DNA of 39,369 nucleotides from Candidatus Woesearchaeota archaeon (lineage in GTDB: Archaea; Nanobdellota; Nanobdellia; Pacearchaeales; GW2011-AR1): NCBI GenBank assembly GCA_964634225.1, contig CAZWIB010000002.1, positions 1-39,369 of the forward strand. The letters are read 5' to 3'. The notes under the pieces were generated by a model that was not told the DNA's origin, did no database searches, and saw only the letters and a list, made by a program, of their open reading frames with translations. Shown here in pieces: positions 16,700 through 23,161 of the stretch. Within the stretch, counting starts at the first letter, position 1. Each line of letters starts with the position of its first letter. A program made the position numbers and the translations under genes.

Positions 16700-16840
16700 T
16701 AATCTATCACCTCTTTTTCCCCAGGAGAAGCTTCAGGTCAACTTTTTGAAGGCTTGAAGAATCTCCCAGGGTTCGTTATATTCAAAAAAAGAGCGGGCTT
16801 AATAACATTAAATTGTTGCCCAATTATATTTATTTTTCTT
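16700..16840 (+). ncRNA. Candidate small structured RNA (unclassified)
   Basis: Lies downstream of the TATA at 16677. Contains the hairpin GGAGAAGCTTCAGG...GAAGGCTTGAAGAATCTCC (16724-16766), a terminal hairpin GGGC..AACA..TGTT GCCC (16795-16821), and then T-rich sequence. No family recognised. Confidence 0.2.
16795..16821. terminator. Hairpin flanked by T-tracts on both strands (possible bidirectional terminator)
   Basis: GGGCTTAATAACATTAAATTGTTGCCC. The plus strand continues AATTATATTTATTTTTCTTT and the minus strand continues GCTCTTTTTTTG. Confidence 0.3.
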
Positions 16841-17017
16841 TATAAATTATACTATATGAAATTATAGAATAGAAATATTTAAAAATGAAATGTTTCTCTT
16901 GTCTTCAAATAAAAGGGGCAATAAAATGGATGAAAATAAGCCAAAAAAACTGGAAGAAGAAGACAACCTCGAAGAAGCTATTGACCAATTCGAGCTAGAC
17001 TGATTTAATTCTTTTTT

Positions 17018-17929
17018 TTATTTTTCCACTGAAAAAACAATCTCATTGTTTGCTTTATCTAGTTCTTCAAAATCACTTTCAGCAATAAATCTTAACTCAT
17101 CAAAACCACTACCAATTTGAACATTTTGTAACATAAATTTCATCCCAAAACCAACCACTAAAGGTTGTACATCTATTGTGTGCACAAGATTATCACCCGC
17201 ATAAATATTAATAACGGCTTCTCCAGAGTCCTTAAGACCATTGTTTCTAACACTTATATTTACATCAAGATACTTACCGTGGATATTTGGAGAAACTTCA
17301 TCAAGAATTAAATCAGGTTTGCTAGTTACAGAATATATTTGACTTATTAGATTAGGTATATCTTCCCCAATAGTTTGAGAACACTTACTAACATTGTACA
17401 TTATATTATTCGGATTAGCAGAATGATCAAAACCTAAAGCATGTAATATTTCATGGATAGCTATATTTGGATACATACATTCTGATTGTCTTATTAATGA
17501 AACCTCACCATACATAATAACATTAAACTCTCCTGCTTTTGTTATATTAACCGGTCCACCTTCACCTGCAACAAAAAACTCTTCTTCTGTTCTTTGCTTA
17601 CTTTCACAACTGATAAGAATTTCTTCATTACCTTGCACGGCATAGAAATCTAAAATAGTTTCATTTTCTAAAATATCAAATGCTCCTTCTGCATCCGCTT
17701 TTTTTTGTAAAGTACATTTATCAGATATTCTATAAGAAATTTTTGAATCAGAGTATCTCATATTATCATAGAATTGCATATTACTATTAGAAACATCTAA
17801 ACTAAAATTAGAATTTTGAGATCCTGGAGATAAACTGACTTTACTGAAACCAGTAAACCAATATATCCAGATTATTGCAACTACAAAGATTATAAAAAAT
17901 ATAGCTAAGATGGTTTTCCAAACTTTCAT
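17018..17929 (-). CDS. Membrane-anchored metzincin-type zinc metalloprotease with a C-terminal CARDB-like beta domain
   Basis: HEILHALGFDHSANPNNIMY gives HExxHxxGxxH plus a Met-turn. N-terminal TM helix ILAIFFIIFVVAIIWIYWF. C-terminal ~100 aa (LILDEVSPNIHGKYLDVNISVRNNGLKDSGEAVINIY) looks CARDB-like. Confidence 0.8.
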   Translation of the reverse strand: MKVWKTILAIFFIIFVVAIIWIYWFTGFSKVSLSPGSQNSNFSLDVSNSNMQFYDNMRYSDSKISYRISDKCTLQKKADAEGAFDILENETILDFYAVQGNEEILISCESKQRTEEEFFVAGEGGPVNITKAGEFNVIMYGEVSLIRQSECMYPNIAIHEILHALGFDHSANPNNIMYNVSKCSQTIGEDIPNLISQIYSVTSKPDLILDEVSPNIHGKYLDVNISVRNNGLKDSGEAVINIYAGDNLVHTIDVQPLVVGFGMKFMLQNVQIGSGFDELRFIAESDFEELDKANNEIVFSVEK

Positions 17930-17995
17930 ATGTAAACCTATTTAAAATAATATATAAACATTACCAAAAAATAAAAATAAAAAATTAAAGAAGAT

Positions 17996-18313
17996 CTATT
18001 CAGCTGATTCTTCAGCCGGAGCTTCAGTTGCTTCTTCTGCTGGAGCTTCTTCAGCTTTATCACCAGAATCGTCAGAAGTTTCTTCTTCAGCAGGTGCCTC
18101 TTCAGCAGGTGTTTCAGTTGATTCTTCAGCCGGAGCTTCAGTTGCTTCTTCTGCTGGAGCTTCTTCAGCTTTATCACCAGAATCGTCAGAAGTTTCTTCT
18201 TCAGCAGGTGCCTCTTCAGCAGGTGCTTCTTCTGCAGGAGCTTCAGTTGCTTCTTCTGCAGGTGCTTCAGTTGATTCTTCAGCCGGAGCTTCTGTTTGTG
18301 TTTCCTCGTCCAT
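17996..18313 (-). CDS. Acidic, intrinsically disordered EAPAEE-repeat protein (105 aa)
   Basis: The ATG is preceded by GAGGT about 10 nt upstream and by a TATA-like ctttaaaag. Composition is almost only E, A, P, T, S, D. Contains a 38-aa tandem duplication. Confidence 0.55.
   Translation of the reverse strand: MDEETQTEAPAEESTEAPAEEATEAPAEEAPAEEAPAEEETSDDSGDKAEEAPAEEATEAPAEESTETPAEEAPAEEETSDDSGDKAEEAPAEEATEAPAEESAE
18005..18225. repeat. Tandem direct repeat, period 114 nt, 107 nt perfectly identical (18005-18111 = 18119-18225), plus a degenerate third copy to about 18300
   Basis: Compared base by base. The period is a multiple of 3 and the repeat lies inside the acidic-protein CDS. Confidence 0.9.
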
Positions 18314-18383
18314 TATAACTTACCTCATTTAATTAGTAAAAACAACAAGCGAAAACTTCTTTTAAAGGTTGTGATACTAGAGT

Positions 18384-18614
18384 TTAGTTAATATTCAGTG
18401 CATCTTTAATAGCTTCACCTGTACTTGTTAATCCATCTTGTATTTGTCCTACAACATTCTTGTGCCAACTCCAACAAAGAGTTTGACCGTCGCCAACACC
18501 TGAATCACAAGTAATTCCAATATCTTTTGCTTGTCCTCCACCAATAAAACCCCAAACAAGAAAGATAACTACCAAAAGTCCCAAAATAAGTAATAATGTT
18601 TTAATTAATCCCAT
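18384..18614 (-). CDS. Small signal-anchored protein with a Cys pair (76 aa)
   Basis: ORF track. TM helix LLLILGLLVVIFLVWGFIGG, then ITCDSGVGDGQTLCWSW. Confidence 0.5.
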   Translation of the reverse strand: MGLIKTLLLILGLLVVIFLVWGFIGGGQAKDIGITCDSGVGDGQTLCWSWHKNVVGQIQDGLTSTGEAIKDALNIN

Positions 18615-18651
18615 ATTAAATTCAAGATATTAGGGTTTTTAGATTTTCTGT

Positions 18652-18768
18652 TTATAAAAAAGCTCCTGCGATTAATAACAATACCCCTAAAGTTACTGCA
18701 GGTCTATGTTTCCAAATTCCTCCACCAATTAAAATTAATATTCCCCATATAGCTAAAAAACTATTCAT
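18652..18768 (-). CDS. Micro membrane protein (38 aa), below the ORF-track cutoff
   Basis: Hand translation: MNSFLAIWGILILIGGGIWKHRPAVTLGVLLLIAGAFL*. Its ATG overlaps the stop of the upstream 69-aa ORF by 8 nt (ATGAATAG). Confidence 0.3.
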   Translation of the reverse strand: MNSFLAIWGILILIGGGIWKHRPAVTLGVLLLIAGAFL

Positions 18769-18970
18769 TTTTTATTTGTACTACCCTCCATAATATTAGT
18801 AAAGCAAATATCATCCAAACTGAGTATAATAAATTAAAGAACAATACAGTATTTGTATTAAACTGAAGGAAATTAATTATGAATAATAAAAAAGACATCA
18901 TTATCATTACTAAAATTAAATTAAAGTACAAATCTTTTTGCACTACTTCTCTTTTTTTGAGTTTAGCCAT
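18761..18970 (-). CDS. Small two-TM membrane protein (69 aa)
   Basis: ORF track. Two hydrophobic helices. Its ATG overlaps the stop of the upstream 57-aa ORF by 8 nt (ATGGCTAA). Confidence 0.4.
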   Translation of the reverse strand: MAKLKKREVVQKDLYFNLILVMIMMSFLLFIINFLQFNTNTVLFFNLLYSVWMIFALLILWRVVQIKNE

Positions 18971-19136
18971 TTAATATTCCCACTCCTAAAACATAACCAA
19001 CTAATAAGAAAGTAACATATTTGAAAATCTCCCAGTATTTGTTTATCTTTTTTAATCTTTTAGATACAAAAGTCATAAAGGTAATAATTGCTGCCAAACC
19101 AGCCCAGATAATTAAAATTAACATCACCAATTCCAT
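18963..19136 (-). CDS. Small two-TM membrane protein (57 aa), below the ORF-track cutoff
   Basis: Hand translation: MELVMLILIIWAGLAAIITFMTFVSKRLKKINKYWEIFKYVTFLLVGYVLGVGILNG*. Confidence 0.35.
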   Translation of the reverse strand: MELVMLILIIWAGLAAIITFMTFVSKRLKKINKYWEIFKYVTFLLVGYVLGVGILNG

Positions 19137-19265
19137 AAAATATTAAAGAAATCATTATTTTTAATTGTTCTTATTTTTCCATCCAATAATCTTTCCAACT
19201 TAAATTATTTCCCCATGTCATTTTCTTAAAAGATATTTTTCTTTTGAAAGAATTATTGTGTCAAA

Positions 19266-19337
19266 CGCCCACACCGGGAGTCGAACCCGGATTACATCCG
19301 CGACAGGGATGTGTCATAGCCACTAGACCATGTAGGC
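19266..19337 (-). tRNA. tRNA-Asp (anticodon GUC)
   Basis: Hand fold of the reverse strand: GCCTACA | TG | GTCT-AGTGGCTA-TGAC | A | CATCC-CTGTCGC-GGATG | TAAT | CCGGG-TTCGACT-CCCGG | TGTGGGC | G. There is one G-U in the acceptor stem. No encoded CCA. Confidence 0.85.
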
Positions 19338-19378
19338 TTATCAAACATGGGATTTAGCCAGAATCTTAAATTCTGAGC

Positions 19379-19393
19379 CTAGACCATGTAGGC
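19379..19393 (-). repeat. Exact 15-nt copy of the tRNA-Asp 5' end (GCCTACATGGTCTAG), 56 nt upstream of the real 5' end
   Basis: Plus-strand ctagaccatgtaggc occurs at 19323-19337 and at 19379-19393. Between the copies, CAGAA-TTTAAGA-TTCTG (19359-19375) forms a 5-bp stem with a 7-nt loop. Confidence 0.9.
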
Positions 19394-19430
19394 ATAAAAC
19401 AAAATAACTATTTTAATTTTTAAAGCTTTC

Positions 19431-19661
19431 CTATTGCTTAATAGCTATATATCTTTTATTGTATCTCTGCTTCTTAGCTACAAGAACAATGCCTTCTGAA
19501 ACCAAACTCAAACCTGTAATAAACCAAAAGAAATCAGAAGAAAAATCAGCAATACCTAATAACTTTATCAAAGTTCCAAAAACCATAACTATTCCAACAA
19601 CTAAGAAAAACTCTGGACCAACTTGGGATTCCACTATCTTTTTAATTCTTTTTCTCACCAT
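19431..19661 (-). CDS. Small two-TM membrane protein (76 aa)
   Basis: ORF track. Helices FFLVVGIVMVFGTLIKLLGI and FFWFITGLSLVSEGIVLVA. Directly abuts the upstream gene. Confidence 0.45.
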   Translation of the reverse strand: MVRKRIKKIVESQVGPEFFLVVGIVMVFGTLIKLLGIADFSSDFFWFITGLSLVSEGIVLVAKKQRYNKRYIAIKQ

Positions 19662-19898
19662 TTAAAAAATTTCAAGTTTTTCATTTTGAGGATCATAATT
19701 ATGACGAATAATCAAATATTTTTCTAACCTATCAGCAAAAAAATTTCCAAGAAACCACCGACTCCTTACATCATTTATTCTTCGAGCCATTTTAAACTGT
19801 GCCCTTTTTTCTAATCTCCCATTCTCTCCTAATTTCCTATCAACTTCCTTTACAGCATATTCCCTCCCAGCTTCTATTGGGACATAATTACTTTGCAA
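19662..19898 (-). CDS. Hypothetical protein (78 aa)
   Basis: ORF track. Overlaps the serS stop by 11 nt. No motif recognised. Confidence 0.45.
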   Translation of the reverse strand: MQSNYVPIEAGREYAVKEVDRKLGENGRLEKRAQFKMARRINDVRSRWFLGNFFADRLEKYLIIRHNYDPQNEKLEIF

Positions 19899-21156
19899 TT
19901 TTCTTCAAACCTCCCATATAAGGTTGTAAAACTTTAGGAACTTTAATTGATCCATCTTTCGTCTGATTATTTTCCATTAAAGCAATCAAAGCCCTAGGAC
20001 TAGCAAGAACAGTATTATTCAAAGTATGTGCAAAATACTTTTTACCTTTTTTCTCAATTCTAATTCCAAGTCTTCTAGCTTGAGCATCAGTCAAATTACT
20101 ACATGAACCAACTTCAAAATATTTTTTCTGACGAGGACTCCAAGCATCAACATCTGCAGACTTTGCCTTTAAATCAGCCAAATCACCAGAACAACATTCA
20201 ATAATTCTAATAGGAATATCTAAACTCTTAAACACTTCAACAGTATATTTCAACATTTTATCATACCACTTATAAGATTCTTCTGGTTCACAAATAACAA
20301 CCATCTCTTGCTTTTCAAACTGGTGTAATCTATAAAGCCCTTTTTCCTCAATACCATGTGCACCAACTTCCTTTCTAAAACAAGGAGAATAAGCAGTCAA
20401 AGTCACAGGAACCTTATTCAAAGTCTTATTAATAAACTTTCCAATAAGTGAATGTTCGGAAGTTCCAATTAAATATAAATCTTCATCTTCAATCTTATAC
20501 ATCATAATATCTCGTTCTTCAAAACTCATAACTCCTTCAACAACATCTTTTCTAATCATAAAAGGAGGAATCACATACTCAAAACCTTTACCAATCATAT
20601 AATCTCTAGCATATGCAAGCATCGCTGAATGTAATCTGGCTAAATCCCCCATTAAAAAATAAAATCCATGTCCAGATGTTTCTCTGGCAGATTCAAAATC
20701 AAGACCCCCTAAATTCTCAGCAAGTTCAGCATGATTTAAAACATCATATTTAGGAACTAAAGGCTTTCCAACTTTCTTAATCTCAACATTCTCAGATTCA
20801 TCTTTTCCAATTGGAACAGAATCATGAATCATATTAGGAATCTTATACATAATTTCATTAATTTCTTCTTCTAATGTCTTCCTTTTGTCCTGAATTTTTT
20901 CAATCTTTCCAGGAATTTTCTTAGCTTTTGTTATTTCTTTAGAAGCATCTTTTTTCTTTTTCTTTAATTCATTAATCTTTTGAGAAATTTTATTTCTTTC
21001 ACTTCTTAAACCATCTTCATCATACTTTAATTTTCTCCACTTTTCATCTAAATTAATAACTTTGTCAACTAAAACAAGCTTTTCATCCTGAAACTTCTTT
21101 TTAATATTCTTCTTAACTAAGTCAGGTTTTTCCCTCAACAACTTTATATCAATCAT
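19888..21156 (-). CDS. serS: Seryl-tRNA synthetase
   Basis: N-terminal coiled-coil arm. FRKEVGAHGIEEKGLYRLHQFEKQEM (motif 2), GSCSNLTDAQARRL, and HTLNNTVLASPRALIALMEN (motif 3 region); 422 aa. Confidence 0.9.
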   Translation of the reverse strand: MIDIKLLREKPDLVKKNIKKKFQDEKLVLVDKVINLDEKWRKLKYDEDGLRSERNKISQKINELKKKKKDASKEITKAKKIPGKIEKIQDKRKTLEEEINEIMYKIPNMIHDSVPIGKDESENVEIKKVGKPLVPKYDVLNHAELAENLGGLDFESARETSGHGFYFLMGDLARLHSAMLAYARDYMIGKGFEYVIPPFMIRKDVVEGVMSFEERDIMMYKIEDEDLYLIGTSEHSLIGKFINKTLNKVPVTLTAYSPCFRKEVGAHGIEEKGLYRLHQFEKQEMVVICEPEESYKWYDKMLKYTVEVFKSLDIPIRIIECCSGDLADLKAKSADVDAWSPRQKKYFEVGSCSNLTDAQARRLGIRIEKKGKKYFAHTLNNTVLASPRALIALMENNQTKDGSIKVPKVLQPYMGGLKKIAK

Positions 21157-21227
21157 AAAAATAACAAATAAAGAATATATTTAAAGCTTATCAAAATGTT
21201 TTTAAAGAAAATTATACATAAATTAAT

Positions 21228-21863
21228 ATGGGGGTGATAGAAAGTATTAGTAGTTTTTATGGAAGCCTTACAAGTGGTCTACCGACACAAGGCCAACTTT
21301 TTCTTAACTTATTTTTATTAACAATCGTTGTAGTAATTTATGCAGTGTTTATCTGGAAATTCTATGTTTTTATTTCCACAAAAAATATTCTTAGATTAAA
21401 TTTAAACAAATATAATAAATCAAAAAACCCGATTTATGTTAAGATAATTGCTGGACTCCTTTACTTTATAGAATATATTATCATATTACCAATACTAATC
21501 TTCTTTTGGTTTGCATTTTTTACAATACTATTAACATTACTAACAAAAGGATTAGAACCTCAAACAATTGTTTTAATTGCTGCAATCACAATAGCTGCAG
21601 TAAGAGTAACTGCTTACATACCTAAATACGGAGAAACAGTTTCAAGCGAAGTTGCCAAGATAATTCCTTTAACTCTATTAGCTATCAGTATTACAAATCC
21701 TTTATTCTTTAAACTAGGAGAAATGACAAAAGAATTATTAAAAATCCCACAAGTTTTGGGAGAAATAAGATTCTATGTATTCTTTATTGTTGCCGTTGAA
21801 TTAATCTTAAGAGTATTAACATTTTTTGGATTAATGTTCAAAAAATCAGATAAGAAAGTTTAA
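21228..21863 (+). CDS. Polytopic membrane protein (211 aa), unknown function
   Basis: ORF track. About 5-6 hydrophobic helices. Confidence 0.6.
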   Translation: MGVIESISSFYGSLTSGLPTQGQLFLNLFLLTIVVVIYAVFIWKFYVFISTKNILRLNLNKYNKSKNPIYVKIIAGLLYFIEYIIILPILIFFWFAFFTILLTLLTKGLEPQTIVLIAAITIAAVRVTAYIPKYGETVSSEVAKIIPLTLLAISITNPLFFKLGEMTKELLKIPQVLGEIRFYVFFIVAVELILRVLTFFGLMFKKSDKKV

Positions 21864-21927
21864 AAACCACTAATTTCTAGTAATTACAGGGGTGTTCAGG
21901 CCTCAGATTGATTCTGAGAAAATTAAG

Positions 21928-23157
21928 ATGAAAATAAATAATTCATTATTGAAAAAATTAGATCAGGAAGTAGGAAATTTCTATAAACTGAGTGAGAGAT
22001 ATTCTAGTTCACTTAATAACCTCTATGGAAAACAGATCTACAAAGAAAGATTAACTGAATTACTTAAAAAATCTGATAAAATAAAACCTGAAGGTCAATT
22101 CGACAATTTAATTTTAAGGAATATTCAATCAAATTTGAAATTAAATGACTTAACAATGGATTATTTTACAGATTCAAATTTTCCTCTGTCTGTTAAGGAT
22201 TTCTTTAATAAATTGGCTGGAGAAAAGACATTTGAATATCTTGAACAAAAAGTAAAAGATGCGCCTTGGGAAAAAAGATGGGAATATTCTGAAAAAACAC
22301 AAGAAAGAAATCATTCAACTGTAAATCCTTTTATAGAAAATGCACAAAAATCTGCAAGGGAATGGTTACCAAAAATAAAAAAAGATATTTTAGAATATGG
22401 GAAATCTAAAGGTTATCTGCCTAAAGATTTTAAGATGGGCCTTTTATTACTGCCTCCAAGGGATGGATTTGAGATGAGTAGTTGGAATTCAAAAACAAAT
22501 ATATTTAGTTTGGGTTCTTACGGATTTAAATTTTTCTCTAAGAATGGAAAAATTATAGCAAACCCAACAACAGCTTATAATGTGGCTTTTCATGAAGTTT
22601 TGGGTCATGGAGCACACCAAATTCATTCTGAACAAATGCCACATTCACTAAGATTTACAGAAGAAATTGGAAGGATAACACCAACAAAATCAATAAGTGA
22701 AGGGGTGGCAATTAATACAGAAAAAAAATCTTATGGATTTTTAAAAAAAAGATTAAAAAAACTAGGAGTAAGTAAAGAAGATATTTCTCTTTTGAAAGAA
22801 GAAAGTGATTTAGAACAACAAGGAAGAACAGAACAGATGTATTATTCATTAATAAAAGATAGAGAATTGAGAGAAAAAGATTTTGATGGTTATGAACATG
22901 TTCTTCAATTGACTCAAAACCCTATGGTTGCTAGAATGTTTAAAGATGATTTTAAAAGTGGTTTTATAGATGCTTGGAGAATTATTGGGCATACATTAGG
23001 GCCATTACATTATAAAAAAATGTTAGATAAAGTAGAACAAAAATTGGGAAAAAACTATTTAGATAAAAAAGACGCCAATAAAGTAACTTTTCAAGGAGCA
23101 TGGTCTCATGAAGTTTATCCTGATGCTGTTTTGTATATGTTGGAGAATAAGGAGTAA
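21928..23157 (+). CDS. HExxGH metallopeptidase-like protein (DUF885-like pattern)
   Basis: AFHEVLGHGAHQIHSE followed about 40 aa later by SISEGVAINTEKK, matching the HE..GH..Q plus EG.A...E pattern. ATG 21928 is preferred over the track's GTG 21892. Confidence 0.6.
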   Translation: MKINNSLLKKLDQEVGNFYKLSERYSSSLNNLYGKQIYKERLTELLKKSDKIKPEGQFDNLILRNIQSNLKLNDLTMDYFTDSNFPLSVKDFFNKLAGEKTFEYLEQKVKDAPWEKRWEYSEKTQERNHSTVNPFIENAQKSAREWLPKIKKDILEYGKSKGYLPKDFKMGLLLLPPRDGFEMSSWNSKTNIFSLGSYGFKFFSKNGKIIANPTTAYNVAFHEVLGHGAHQIHSEQMPHSLRFTEEIGRITPTKSISEGVAINTEKKSYGFLKKRLKKLGVSKEDISLLKEESDLEQQGRTEQMYYSLIKDRELREKDFDGYEHVLQLTQNPMVARMFKDDFKSGFIDAWRIIGHTLGPLHYKKMLDKVEQKLGKNYLDKKDANKVTFQGAWSHEVYPDAVLYMLENKE

Positions 23158-23161
23158 AATT

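Noticed and set aside
16705-16766. rRNA or SRP RNA fragment (TATCACCTC resembles the 16S 3' end; CAGGTC resembles the SRP helix 8 flank)
   Set aside because: The matches are only 6-9 nt. The conserved GGAA/AGCA SRP core and any further rRNA sequence are absent.
16515-17017. A diversity-generating retroelement or retron (template repeat in the large gap next to a surface protease gene)
   Set aside because: There is no reverse transcriptase anywhere in the window. I could not find a second copy of the gap sequence in the 3' end of a neighbouring gene by eye. A computational self-alignment would be needed to exclude it fully.
18005-18300. Could the 114-nt repeats be a CRISPR array?
   Set aside because: The copies are contiguous with no spacers. 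There are only about 2.5 units, the period is far too long, and the repeat is in frame within a CDS.
17938-18318. Track ORFs 17938..18177 (-) and 18028..18318 (+), which read the repeat in other frames
   Set aside because: They are frame artefacts of the 114-nt tandem repeat, giving K/L/Q or L/Q runs. Only the 17996..18313 frame has an ATG with GAGGT and a TATA-like box upstream.
19338-19393. A second tRNA (tRNA-Leu UAA-like) upstream of tRNA-Asp
   Set aside because: Only a 5' acceptor strand copy and an anticodon-arm-like hairpin exist. There is no D stem closure, no T arm (GTTCRANYC) and no 3' acceptor strand. It is kept only as an oddity of the tRNA-Asp locus.
19323-19393. The 15-nt direct repeat as attL/attR of an integrated element in a tRNA gene
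   Set aside because: The copies are only 56 nt apart with no room for cargo. It is the 5' end rather than the 3' end of the tRNA that is duplicated, and no integrase is nearby.
23108-23161. The track start at 23108 for the 535-aa ORF (MKFILMLFCICWRIRSKI...)
   Set aside because: The extension overlaps the end of the upstream gene by 50 nt. ATG 23162 has AAGGAG at ideal spacing, so 23162 was used.
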